This document shows positions 1 to 13,352 of a DNA stretch of 64,000 bases, one piece after another (position 1 is the stretch's first letter; every line of letters starts with the position of its first letter). The DNA comes from Raillietiella orientalis. Its lineage: Eukaryota. Made by a program: the position numbers and the translations under genes. Under the pieces are notes generated by a model, which saw only the letters and a program-made list of their open reading frames with translations, had not been told where the DNA came from and searched no databases. The stretch spans positions 2,790,001 to 2,854,000 of the forward strand of contig JAYWIR010000003.1 in NCBI GenBank assembly GCA_036172245.1. The letters are read 5' to 3'.

Positions 1-2520
1 TAACTACGGAAGGGGGAATAGCTAAGCTGCTTAGCGTGGTTCTTCTCCGAACGGGAGATTCACTCGACCCGTTCGTGCTTCACTGAGATCTTCTCAAGTA
101 TACCTCCGATGAGGTACGGCTGAAGAGGAGGCTTTGAGTGAGGAAAGGACACCCGTTCGGCTTCATATTTGCGTTCCTATTTCGCAATTGCCAAATCTCT
201 TTTCGATTGAGGTAGTAGTGGTAGTGAAGTTTTCTTGGAACGACGTCTGTCAAATCTGTGGCGGCCGCCCAAGAAAGCAGCGCAGCTGAAGCACAAGAGA
301 CTTCTGGAGATAGGATTTATCTTTACTGAGAAAAGACGGCAGTTTCCCAATTCGATTTTCTCGGCATCGCAAAGAGGGAGACAGATGGGTCACAAAGTTG
401 CAAGGGCATGAATAGGAGAAGTAAAGATACGCAGAGGCAAATATGAGTCTTTGTACGGCATTCGACATGAAAGAGACCGATCCTCACCTTTAGATGGAAA
501 GGTCGTTTCATTTCCCCTAAAGGAATGTTGAAGCTGCCGTCGAACAATGGTGGTACCAGGATGGTACTCGTGGAGGCTGGGAGCTTCAAAGCGAGTACAC
601 GCATCCTATCAAGTGATCATTTTTGTGGCTTCAGAAATTTTCGAAAGCTTAAAAGGAAATTCATGAAATCCGGATGGATGACTTGGGAGAATTCGACACG
701 TTTCCTAAGGACGTTGCCACGCAGTCCTCCATAACAGCAAAAATTCAATTCTGTCTTGATGAAGGTATCTAGGTGATAAACGGCACCGTTCTTGACTGAT
801 TTTGCGCTCTTCTCTCGATAACTCTTTAATGACTCTTTCTTTCGATAACTCTTAAATATACTCAATCCTCTTCAGCTACCCTCTATTTGGCTGTCTACCA
901 TGTTGGAATTCCATTTGACAAAGCTTTTCCAGAGGAGGGTTGGCATTCTGACTTCTGAGGAATGCTTTCATCAAATTTAAGAGAGAGATAACCTTTCTTG
1001 CGTTGCGTTCTTGATTTATCGGCCAGTCCAAGCATGAGATGCTATTAAATTACTACTATTCACTCTTCCTTTGAGAAGCTCGATCGGTTGCCACCACAGA
1101 TGCTTATCATGATGCATCTATGAAATAAATCTTGCATTTGAGCTTCGTAATAATACAAAGAAATTTGACCCACCCGTCTGGGATGACAAACTGCGGGTGT
1201 TCTCACTTGATAAATCATAAAAACGAAGCGCTGGGAGATTGCACCGCTGTCAGATACCACGAATGCAAAGAAGCTGCTGCTCATTACAATCCTTCTTGGG
1301 TTCATAAGAATAGGCAGTGTCCTGCAATCGTTGAGGAAAACAGCCAAGTATTATAAAAGCTTCCATGACGAGATGTGCCACGCAGGAGGTGCTTTGTGAA
1401 CTGAGTCCCGACATGGAGGATGCCTCCCTCCCTTCTTGATCCTTCTTGGCGGAGCCATCTCTCCCAAGGATGTGATGATGTTGATTCACACCACCTCCAC
1501 GGACGTGTTCCTCCTTCGGACGGACTGCCAAACTTCGTTTGTTTTTCAGTATGCAGAACGGTGTAACTTTTCGGATCAGTTTGAAGCCGAGCAGTCTGAC
1601 CTAGTCAACGGGGTTATAGGCAGAGGCCCAGCGGCTGGTACCCTGGCCATAACGATACCCTTTTGAAAATTCCTTCGGTGAGGTTCAGCGGAACTTTTCC
1701 GATGTGGCGTGTTCCGTGTTGTACTCCAACCGCAACCATTTCAAAAGACTGTGCTTCTGTGTGCAACCGACCATGCGAAAAGGATACCATCCTATTGCAA
1801 TAAGGGACCATCACCTTGACGAGATGGCTTGAGGAATTCTTAGCCCGCAAGGAGAACACATAACAAACTCTGGGAAAAGCGAAACGGCATGGCTGCCATC
1901 TGAATGTTCCAGCGAGATAATGGATTCGGGCAGTCGCTGCCTTCGGGACTTCAGCATTAAAAACTTATCTTTTCGAGCCTCTCTCCTTCTCAAAGGACTG
2001 TTCTGACATCTCATTCCCTTCTTTGTCTACCCCGAGAGAACCTCAAGAATTATTTTTGGCGCTCACACGATGTGGTTGGACGAAGAATTTCGGAAGGAGC
2101 ATTCCATTGGAGGATGTCCCGGTACAGTTCATTAAGCACAGGTATTTTCATAAGCATCCCTGTTCTTGCTGCCCTTCCCTTCAGCAGCATGAGAGCGTCG
2201 TCCAGAGTCTCATTGGCAGAATCCATGTTTAGTGCAGTCCGTACCCTTCATCCGAAAGCATAAATCATGCAGAGAATGAAATACCTAGTTAACATGCAAA
2301 TGGTCACATTGGCAAGAGTTTCAATTCGCTGTTACAGACGCCTTTAGGGTCGGACAAAGAGGAATGTGCTCTTGTAAGAAAGAGAGTTTTTAAGAAACAC
2401 TACTCATGTTGAGCACCCCTCTAATAAGACACGCAGCGCGCCGAAAGCGACAGAAGGAGTATTAAACTGTTTCAACAGCCATAAAGAAAGAATCATTTCC
2501 CTTTCTAACAGGGTTTCAAA

Positions 2521-2558
2521 AACACACACACACACATATACACACACATTCAGACACA
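2521..2558. repeat. Imperfect (CA)n microsatellite
   Basis: acacacacacacacatatacacacacattcagacac. Confidence 0.9.
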
Positions 2559-5262
2559 AACAATAGGAACGCGACTAAAGCCATGAGCACACACGCCAAA
2601 ACCCATGGGCACACGGGCGCAATGACGAATGCCTGCAAGCATACGAGCCAACTCGTGCCTTTTTTGCGTGCAGCGGTGGACGTGTACAATGCCACATGTA
2701 TGAGTGCTTACTCTGATTCGGAGTTGACTTCCGCGCTATAGGGCTAGGAGCCGGACACTCCACGGTTGCCATTTTGCAGGAGCACCTCGTGGCGTAATTA
2801 GCAAGAGCCTCCTCATGTGCGCTCGCGTCATTCGTGCCGGTTCGGTCAAAGGAGTTCCTCTGACGAAGCCATGACCCGCCTCGGAACGCCACACTGCTCC
2901 GGTTGCGAAAAGCGCGACTGGGGCAGATGAGGGGGGCCTTCGGGTCAGAAGGCGGTGGAGGAGCGAGCCCGCGCCTCCTCTTCGCATCTCGCAAAGATTG
3001 TCGCGTTTCCCCTGACGCGCGGCTCCAGGAGCTCTTGCGCGTGAATGCTGCTTGCCCGCGGCTCTCCTGCGCACGAGGACTGAAAGCACTCGAAGAACCT
3101 TTCGCCGGTTCCGTTTCCCAGCTTCTCGGCCGTCGCGTGACCCGCGTAGTTGAGAAATCTCCACTCGCGCCGCCACGGCGAAACTCCCCTCCCGACGAGC
3201 AATCTGAGAACTTTCCACGATCCTCTTCTTCAAGAGAGAAAGAAGTCTTTCACGGTTGAATCAGACTCCCGATTCCTTGGAAACTCGAAGCTCCACCTTC
3301 GATACAATAAATCGTTCTATTCCTTGCGAGTCGGAATCTGGTCTTTCACACAGTGAGAAGAGCTCGAGGCATTTTCCAGTGCTCCGCGACAAGGAGAGAT
3401 GATCCAGTTCACGGTTCCAGCAGGCACAGCTGAATTTCCACTCTCTGGAAAAGACGCCAGACAACTTAAGAAAGGCTGGGAAAGCAATTGGAAGAGTGGT
3501 TTTCGCCTTGTACATCACGAACCCACCTTCTCTCTTCCCCGCAATGGTTCAGCGTTTCGCAAGCCCCCTTACTCTCTGCGCAGTCCTCTAAACAGGCAAA
3601 CGGACTCCTCCGTCTGAGATCGGGAACATGTCTTACAGCCTGCTGGAGTTTTCTGGGTTCTTCCTTCGGGGGTATTTCTATTTTCAGTGGTCACCTTGCT
3701 ATCCTGAAACAAGAAGGAAGCGAAAGCCTTCCACCTCTTGCACATTTGCACCTTTTTTTTTTTTTTTTTTTCCCCGACAAGGAAACTTCTAGGTCTCCAC
3801 CGCTTATCCAAGGGGACACGCGGAGCGAGCAGTGCGCTTTCCGGAGCTCGTTGTGATTTCGTTCTGGAAGAGAAGCCTGAATCCCTGAATTTCTGGAAAA
3901 ATTGCCTCAAGCTCTCTTCTGTGCGTCAGATGATCTCATGAGTCTTCACGGGCGCAAAGTGTCCACGTTGCTAGATAGAAACATGTGCCTATTTCCATCT
4001 CCCGCTCTTTTCTGCAATCCGCCTCGCTCCTTGACATTATGTGGTGCGTCCCACTCCTCATGCTCGGCTCCAGGTGTTGCTTCGTCTGGCAGGTCCTCCA
4101 CAGGCACTGCGATTCCCCTCAACAGCACGCTTGCGAGGCAAACAAAATCAAAGGGGGGGGAAGCTGGCGATTCCATGGAGATTCACACTCCAGCTTCGCA
4201 TTCCACCTGATGGCGTTGCAGGATTCCGCTCAGACGGAGGCAGAAAGACGGTAGTCGTATCCATGGTGACACGGAACGGAAAGTCCTTTCCTCACTCTAA
4301 GTCTGTGCCGAATCTGTTAGGCTGAGGTGGAGAGATGATAGCCAAAGAGTTTTTTTTCCAAAGAGGCGTAAAAGAGCTGCACGCAGGCTTGCCAGTCCCT
4401 GATCTTCAAGGTGCCGACCTCCTGTATCTTATCTTCTGGACAGAATCCGTGAACCCGTTCCCTTTTTCTTTTTTTTTTTGGAAGGATCATGCAGCCTCGT
4501 TCAACGTGTCAGGAGAAATCAAAGTTCCCGATGGAAAAATGGGTGCTCCTGCCGCCCCGTTTCCGATCCCACAAAAAGGTAGCGCAACAAATTCCGAGGC
4601 ACGGCCTCTTTCCGGAGAAGACGCCTCGGCGTTGCTAGGCTCCGCGAGAAACTCCTCTAATTATTGCAACTGCCCGAATGGCAGCACGAAAACCGGGAGC
4701 AGTTTAAGAACGACTCATTTATGTTTTCTTTTAACTGGTTCATTTGAGTCCAAGCTATTAAGCCACCAGGTCTTGGTTGGATGATTACAACCGTTACAGT
4801 TGTATACGAATAAGAAGCCTCTCTCTCTTTTTTTCTTTTTTTCCTCCCTGTTTTACAGCTCTCCATAAAGTGGAGGAATACTCTTTATATTCCGAGAGCA
4901 TTGTGAAAAATCGAAATCGAATTATTGTGGAAGTTGTGTGTTTCTCCCGTGAGTACACGGCGCAGTGATTTTGATATGCAGCACTGATCGGTTGGAAGGC
5001 TTCTTCCCGGCTGAAGCAACCGCATGATCCTGGAAGACAATGGCTGTTTTCCTTCCCGGGCAGCACGGTAAGTTCGCAGACGCAGCGCCGTGTGCCTCGG
5101 TTGCTCTGGGGAACGTGCGGAGTCACCGTTGTGACCGAGTTTAATCATCACAGAGTAGATTGGAGCGTTCAGGCGTTGCTCACGAAACCGCCGCGGCGTT
5201 CAACAGAGGTTCCCTTGCATGCAGCGTGCACCGCCTGCATGCACACTCAGTGGTCGAATTCA

Positions 5263-5294
5263 AATAATAATAGTAATAATAATGATGCAATAAT
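5263..5294. repeat. Imperfect (AAT)n microsatellite
   Basis: aataataatagtaataataatgatgcaataat. Confidence 0.8.
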
Positions 5295-7449
5295 GAACCT
5301 GAGATTGGAACACCACTTGAGGAGTCGCGGCGATCCAGGGAACAGGAGTCTGGCTGCTCGAAACGGTTCCCCTGGCGCCCTGTTGCAGTTCCCGAATCAC
5401 CCCAAGACTTGAGAAAGCGGAGCGCTTCTTTGGTGCCTTGCTGCTCCCGTCTTGGTGCAGTGCCGAGAAGCTGCACTTCTTGAGGCACGCCAATTCACTT
5501 GTTTTCCCGTTCGCCTATGCGCCCTGACACAAGACAACCGATCGCATTTCCTGGTATCAATTTTGTGAAATATAACTCAGACTGAGAATAAGCAGATGGA
5601 TTTTATGGCCTCTTTGCTTGTGAAAGAATTGCGGATCCAGTTTGTGAACGGCGGAGAAAGCTGCAGCTTTCCGGTTCGCGCCGCATCCATCGAAATATCC
5701 CTCCATCCTCCACTGAGATCTTGATGGATTCTGCGCTTGAGATTATGTACCATTTGATGTTCGGAAAGCTTCCTGTGATGAATCCGGACATCATCATTCC
5801 GATGTTCGCAAATTCCTCTCATAGATCCACGGCCGAAATTGTGATTGCTGGACGCTTTTCCGTGGTAACAGAGTGCTCCGAAAGTCGCGTCTCCATGGAC
5901 CACAAAAACTGGCAGCAATCCTGCAGAGTTGTGTTTCCACTTTGAGCGCGACCACGTCACTCACATTCGGTTCCGGGGTGAGAAACGATAGGTTTCAAAT
6001 TCTTCTAATCACAATAGCGGGATCTTCCGTGATCCATCCCGCTGCAAGCTGCTGGCGTTATGACAACCAAAAGGCGAAACGGGATGCTGTACGCGTGGAG
6101 CGTTCCTACGCATGATTGTCAAGAGAAAAATTTTGCGAATCACTCGTGACTCGGGAGGATGCTGTAAAATGCACAGGACACCAAGTATTTTTGCTACAGA
6201 GGCTCCTCCACTGTAGGCGGGATGCTCATGGATACGCATCGACTGAAGGCATTTGGAAGTAAGGATATGGAAGCAATTTTATAGCGTTGGAAAATGCTTG
6301 TTGCAGTCACGCAATTTGCGTCTTTTGATTCGAAGACATTCTCAAACAGCCTGGAGCCTGATTTATAGACTGCCGTTTCTATTTACATACAGCGGCTCTT
6401 TTCGAGAATTCGCAGTTCAGGAGAAAGGATCTATTCTGTCATGCGTAAGAACATCACCACCACAGCAAAGAGAATATAGTGTGGATGAGCTTTGTTTGCG
6501 ATCCACCCCATGTCCTGACCCCCAAACCTGCTCCAGGGTTACGGTCGTTTTTCAAGATCGTTTTTCCGGTTGCTGTCGACCAGTAAACAGGTCAATCCAG
6601 TGATGCACTAGGAATTCTTCCACTCTTCTCCAGCACATCAGGCAGAGTCACCGTTTGGAAAAACTCGGTATGGATGCAACCCTCACTTTTTTCGAGTGAT
6701 GCTCTACTTTTCTCAACACTCTCAGAGAGCCAATGATCCTGACAAAATCATGTCAGAGATGCATCTTTTGATGCCCTATTAGTGAGATAGGCATGCCCGT
6801 ATTTTCTTAAGGCACGTTGCATTTTATTTTTTGCTCTGGATGCTGTCTCTACGGATTAGATGGGAATTCCATTCTGCGTTTCTTAACAGAGAGTCGTGAT
6901 AATGATGAGATCCCATGTCAAGATGCTGCAATGTTCTCAATCTTCGTTTGAAATTTGGCGGTTTAGTAGAAGCATCTTCAAAAAAAGGTGCAACCAAATT
7001 GTGCATGCGATTCTGCTGAGCACGTTGCAGCCTCATTTGAATTTGTAGCCACAGTTCGTCATCGACCTTCCGCTCAAATTCTATTTTTCACATCAAGAGA
7101 GAGAAGATGAATTCTAGAACGAAGCTATTTTGGTTCTGGAAAGATCAAGACATCATCAAGCGATGTTTCGTTTCTGGTAGCTTGATATAAATTCAGAGTC
7201 CTGTCCGTTCTCATCCTCTATTCCAATTCCATCCACATTTCAGATGAAATGTTGAAAACAATGCCAATCAATAAGAAAAACTTAAATTCATGATACTTCC
7301 TTGCTTCGAAGAGCGGGTGGACTTTATATGGAAGAAGAAAGCTCGCTTTTTCTTTGATCCATACTTACTGACTGAATTCGGAGCCACGTGTTCTTAGAGA
7401 TAAGAAGGGAACAAAAGCCGGGATCCCTGCATTGCATCCTGACCAAGTA

Positions 7450-8570
7450 AATAGGGAGAAGAAGGTGGTGGAGAGAGGGTGAGCAAATCGGACGGAGAGA
7501 AAACGGAATCTGTCGTGGTCATTTAGTTTTTGAACAGTCGGTGGTTGTGGTAGTTCATGGTGGCATATATGAGGTAGGTGACGACGGTGAAATGGGAGAG
7601 CAGGTTGAGTCAGTCAGTATATAGTGGAATCAAAGCAAATGATTCTAGAATTTCCTGTGGTAATTACAACGTGACAATTTATTGTTATTTTTCAACTGAT
7701 ATTAAAATGTTTGATCATTGTGATGGAGTCTTCGGGGTTGATGAAGTTGATATGGATGAGTAGGAAGCTGCGACTTGTGCCACACTGGCCGAATAGAATT
7801 CCAAATTTACTCAGGAGGATGACAGAGTGTTGGTTATGACGTCCGGGGATAGCATCGATCTCGATTCCTAATGAGGAGATCGTTCATGAGTAGAGGACTA
7901 CATCAGTATACACTATAGCATCTATTCGTCACTCCATCCTCATCAAGCCGAATCATCAAGCACGCTTGCAGTTGAGGAAGTAGGTGGATGTACCAGAGCT
8001 GATACCGCCGCAGATGCCGCCATAGCTTATGTAGTCATGCACTAAATAGCAGCTGCGCTCTATTAGTTATTCTTTAGCAAGGACTTCGAGGCTCTCCAGA
8101 AGGCATACCAGCAGGAACGAACACTGAAACTGGCTCCCTTACTGTGCGAAGAAGCAGCAGTACGGCAGCAAATTCCAAGACAGCAAAATGGGTCTGAGAT
8201 TCTCAGCTGGCTTGCACAAAAGCGCATTGGATAGATGATTGAGCAACTTGGAAACTAACGTGGAAATCTTCCTAGCAACGTCTTCCTAGCTTTTGGATAC
8301 TGAAGCTACGAAATGCTCCACAGAATCGTTCGCACAAGTTCCATCTTCTTCGCTTCCTTCAATGGATTCTTCGGCAGATTCGAAAGAATATTCGGTGTCT
8401 CCGGTCGATTTTCATTCAGAGCAGTCTCTCGTCTATACATAACGCACGCACCAGCTCCATTTCCTCCTCTTCCTGGATTATTATTATTTTCATGGATGGG
8501 TGGATTATTTTCATGCGGTGCAGCATTCAACGCTCGGAGTTTTGTGAACCATCTTTTGCGCTCCACTCGC
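7450..8570 (-). mobile_element. Possible ancient retroelement ORF1-like remnant
   Basis: Same strand skew as the 23-24 kb remnant, with broken frames containing GICGG..NCK and an S/T/P-rich stretch. No diagnostic intact motif. Confidence 0.2.
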
Positions 8571-11500
8571 CTCTACGAATCTAAAAGACTACCTGTGCAA
8601 AGAAACGAAGGAGTGCGCTGAGACGCTTCAAGTCCTCGCCATTGCCGGCGAAGCAAAAGCAGGTATCCAAAAAGCTGGTGGAGGTTCAGCCGAAGTGATT
8701 CGAGAAAGAACCTGCATCTGGAAGACTACCACATGGGTGGCGAATTTTCAAACGAACGGGGCAGCAGGTCAAACTAGAACTTTGAAAAATGGAGTATTGA
8801 AATTCCGTGCGATGTGTTGTGAATCTCCACGGAGTCAGCTCTGAACCAAACTGCTGGTGCCAATCAGTCAACCCAGGATTTCCTTGTGTGATGCTTTCCA
8901 CGCTCGCTCGAGTTATCTCATGAAAATCCCAAAGCACAGCAGACCGCTTTAAGGCAGGGAGCTATCGCTTTCGATGAACGAGCCACCATCCAGTAGAGTA
9001 GCGAAAATTTCAAGAGTCTTCTGAAAACGGCATGCAGAGCGCACTGATTCTCTTCGTGCTATTTATTTTTTTTTTTTGGGTGGCCGGAAATCATCTGGAT
9101 TCAGGTCCATTCAGGTCTCAGCTTAAGCTTCAGCATCCGTCGGCGCAGATAAATTCCTCGTAAGGAAGCAGATTGAAACTTCAGCCGGCAACAGCTGAGA
9201 AGATTCGATAGAACCTGAGATGTAGCCATGCTAAGAAGTTGGAGAATTTTGGGAAGAGAACTCCAGCTTCTGTGAAGGTAGCATCACTCAGCTGGAATGT
9301 TCTGATGATGAAATTTCCGAAGGGATGGTAAAACAGCATGAGCTGAAGGGATATTAAAGCAAGAACCAGGTGACTCTCGGAAAATATCCAGTGTTCACTT
9401 CTTGAACAGCGAAAAGTTTATTCTCATTACTTCTCATCAAAGTGGCATCATGGGAGAATGGCTACGTTGCCATGGAGCGCTTCAAACAACTCGCTTTCAG
9501 GATGAACCAGGCAGTCTCCCGATTTGGCACCTCGTGAATCCCAGATTACAATCGCATTTTGAGATTTGGAAAGCAAGAGAGATCGGTTTTGTAAAAGTCT
9601 TAAACTGACGTAGCACTCGGCACTGGGAAGAGTAACGGTTGTTGAGGAAACCTCGACGAAGACACGTTCATGGAATTATCCTCGTCAGTTTCTGAAGAGA
9701 GCTAGATAGCAAGGAGGAATTCGTCCTCCACGAATTCTCTGCGTGAAAGTGCATGCCTTTTGTATCTGTTATCCATGCGTTACATAACATATTATACTTT
9801 CTGCACATTCTGCATGCGCAAAGATTTTTTGCTGCATGATTTTCCTGTCATTCCAAATCTCAACCGTCCACTCTTATTACATGAGTACAGAAGATTCACG
9901 AAAGATTTCAGCTCTTCCGCGGCGAGAATTGCGTTTCGCTTTCAGAATAAACAAAGGATGACGGATCAACTCTTTCACGTGATAAATAGGCATCCATGTG
10001 CACTCGGAGTTAAGGCGTCTCATTCGTCCTTAAGAAGAAGAAGAAGAAAATGCCTCGCTGTTGGAACTATTGCAAACTTTGGCAACATCGAGATCATCAT
10101 CTGCGCACCATTTTTCGAATGCTGATTTGTATCTATGGAACGTAACCATGCAGTTGACGAGTAGGACAGTTTATTACAGAATGAGCACACAAGAATAGGT
10201 TGCTCTTTGTTTATCCAAGACGTTCCTTGGGGTTACCTGAAAATACACCATTAGAAATTGCGTACCTATGACAGAGGTAACGCCACTCATTCTTCTTAGC
10301 GGTTCCTAGAGTTCCATTTTTTTTTTTTTCGAATAAACCGAGACTTGTCACGGAGGAAGCAATCTTGAGGGACAAAATATGTTGACTTTCTTACCATCCA
10401 GAATGTATCTTTCTGAGGGCGAGACTGGGATGTGCGCACCCAGCGTTGTTTCAGGACACGAAGAACTGCCGAGAGGTTCTTGGACTCGCAATGTCTGAAG
10501 AACTGCGTGCGTTCTGCAGCCACCGTGGATCTCTGCCATGAGCGCTGCTGGCGCAAGGTCTCAAAAAATGACAGAATGCTCCAAGAGATCGAAGGATGAT
10601 CCATGGATCGAGACACCGCCTTCCAGCTGATAAGCCCTGCATGGTCCGGAAGCAGTTCGGCGGACATGGGCCATACCTGCAAGAGTGGGAGTCAATTGGG
10701 ATCAAAAAAGAAAATGAAACCACTTCCAGTAGTAAAAGCGAAAGTCCTAAAGAAAGAAACGTGGAACAACCAAAGCTGTTTCCAGTTCAGTTCCTTGATT
10801 GGTAGCAGCAGTGCGGCCGAAATAAGTCAGAAATTTTGTTTCCTCCACCTGTGGAGGAGAGAAAAGCATTACTTGTACGATCGAGTTTAGTACTTTCTTG
10901 GATTTTTCCAAGAGCCGAACCACGGAAGCCCTCAGCAGATTTCAAGTGCATACGTGGAGGGCAGCGTTTTGGTTAGCGATTTCCAAACCCCCAGGCATTC
11001 AGGAACTGAACTGGAGAACGTGCAAATGACGGATGTTATGGGAAATTTTCGCTCGACTTCACGGATTCATGCAGTACCTCTTCTGCGAAACTTGGTGTAT
11101 TTCAAGGATCGAAGAATCCCTGTTTGAAATAAGAACCGTAGCCAAGCCCTGAGGGTTTTTTTTTCTCGACAAGACATTAGACGCATTGGCTTTCGGTCGA
11201 TGCGATTTCACACCATCAAATCTGATGATGTACGCTGCTTTCTGATGAGACCTTGCTGCTACATGCTCGCGCTGCCACCTTGGAAGGATGCTTCTGCCAG
11301 AATGGGGGTCGCTCAGAATCACTTGCTGAAAGATTATGGAGATATCCGAAAGTAGATATCATTGCGAGGCCAACGCATCCCAGATAAAGAGGCTTTCAAA
11401 GTTTTCCATGCGAATCTGTCCATCGGCACGAAACTCTTCACATGTTCTTCTTCTTTTTTTTCCCTCATATTTGCAGAAAACAAGTCGGTTTTGACTGGTC

Positions 11501-13281
11501 ACAAGCATTTTGTACCAGAAGGATGTATCTGTGTACCTTTTCACGCAGATGCACACCTGGCATGTACGTATGTACGCAAAGAAGACGATGAAGCTGCAGG
11601 AGACACCATGAAGCACCTAAATATCAAAATGTCCATATTACAGGAGAAATGAACGCATTCCGCAAATTCTGCACATATGATAAGAGGTTATCTCGAAAAA
11701 GGTCCTTTAAAATGTGAAGTCTAGCGAGAATCGTTGCTTTGTCTATAACTCTTGGAAATGTCCGGAATACAGGAGGGCCTTCAGAGTCACCATATGCACA
11801 TTGAAGTCGACGACTGGCTCACTCTTGCTGTTTTTTTCCTCTAGAACTCGAGGGCCACACAGCTAACGAGTTGTACTTATTCTCTGTACGGCCTGTTTTC
11901 AGGTCCTCTATTCATAAAATTATCATTTGGAATCTTCCATTAAACTCTGCGAATTCCCATCCGAGCTGCAAATTCGTTGCAGGACATCCTCCTCGCAAAG
12001 GCCAAGTCCACTTGAGAAATGCGGCGTCCTGTTTTCACCTGCGGGGTCACTTCTGCACGCAACGCGGACACGGATGAAGAAGGCCGTCCTGGAACACCGG
12101 GAATCGCCAGCCAGACTACTGAAGGAACGGGCTTCGAAGATGAAGCCGATTCACAGGAGGGAGGGATACTGGACGTTTCCTGACCCTGCGATCCGTCTTC
12201 AACAGCCCTGATGGAGGCAACTCGGAAGACGAGCGGTCACAAAAGTGACTTTGCGGTTCGACTTCAAAGCGAGTGCCTGCTTTTCAACAGCTATCGTAGC
12301 AGGATTGCTAAAATCCTGGGATCCATGGATGATGAAGCGTTGAGAAAAAGGAGAATTCCAAAGCACAAAGAGCTCACCAGGAAAGAGTTGATGTGCCTAC
12401 AGTGCCCGTGGCATGTGTGTTGGAAAGATCGGGCGCTTCGGTGTCTGTAATGGAATGCCGTTCGAAAACCGCAGGAAGGATGAAAGAGCAGAGATAGGCA
12501 AAGACGATAAAGCTTCGCTGTCCGATTGTTTGGATCTCATTCTCAGCATCGCTGTCATGTACCGAAATGTGAACAAGTAATATTTTTCTGTATCATATAA
12601 ACTTCGAAAGATTTCGTTGTCGTTGCTTTTGAACAACATACAAGCACGGATCGGCATGGGTTGTTCGAAGCGTCCTCTTCTCTTGGACGTTGAGCAGAAC
12701 CTGAAATCAGAAATTGGCATCCGATGCGTTCGGTCTTGAGACTCTGGAGTAGGTCGGGAGGAAGGAACTGCCCTCGCACTCTGCCAAAGCCAATGGTTGT
12801 TAATTTGAAAATAACAGACTGGGAAAAGAGCTGCTCCCAGAAAAGGAGGGATTGTCCCGCAAGACATTATCCATCCACGCGGGCGAGATGTGAAGAGACT
12901 CTGCAATGGAACTTCCTCTGGACCGTGAACCGCACGCCTCCTCAGGTTTTGTTCAGGACCACTGCGCCGCGATCTGTGTTTCTTTTTTTTTTTAGGAGGG
13001 GGGGGGGGAGAAAAAGGTTGAATTACTAATAAATTCTACTCATTGCTGCGTGCGGATGCAGCAATGCATGACTCTTGAATAATGAGCACGTCCATTCAAT
13101 TTTTGATGCTTGACAACATGTATACTGTACTCTCCAAGTATATTGTACTTTCCTATGCAAGTTGAGGAATCGAAGGCTCACACGGCACAAAGGTATTCCA
13201 CCAAAGAAAGCACCGCCGTTTTTGTAGGGGCAGTCCAGAGATGTCGGTACTTTCCGGAACTCCCAGACGTATTATCCCACA

Positions 13282-13352
13282 ACCTGTACGTATACTGGAT
13301 GTATCCTGATGATTCAAACTGTTCCGGTATACCTTCAGTATACGTAACAGGT
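13282..13352 (+). ncRNA. mir-iab-4: pre-miR-iab-4 hairpin
   Basis: 5p arm ACGTATACTGGATGTATCCTGA (13288-13309) matches the recalled insect iab-4-5p except A>G at nt 11. 3p arm CGGTATACCTTCAGTATACGTAAC (13325-13348) matches the recalled iab-4-3p. The arms base-pair, closed by acctgt/acaggt. It lies downstream of and antisense to Abd-B, as in insects. Confidence 0.96.
13282..13352 (-). ncRNA. mir-iab-8: pre-miR-iab-8 hairpin (antisense of iab-4)
   Basis: The reverse complement of 13325-13347 gives TTACGTATACTGAAGGTATACCG, the recalled iab-8-5p. It is on the same strand as Abd-B, as in Drosophila. Expression of this strand is inferred from homology only. Confidence 0.85.

Noticed and set aside
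1060..2270. Possible minus-strand LINE RT relic (SFEMVAVGVQHG resembling GVPQG)
   Set aside because: Only one loose motif; not enough to call.
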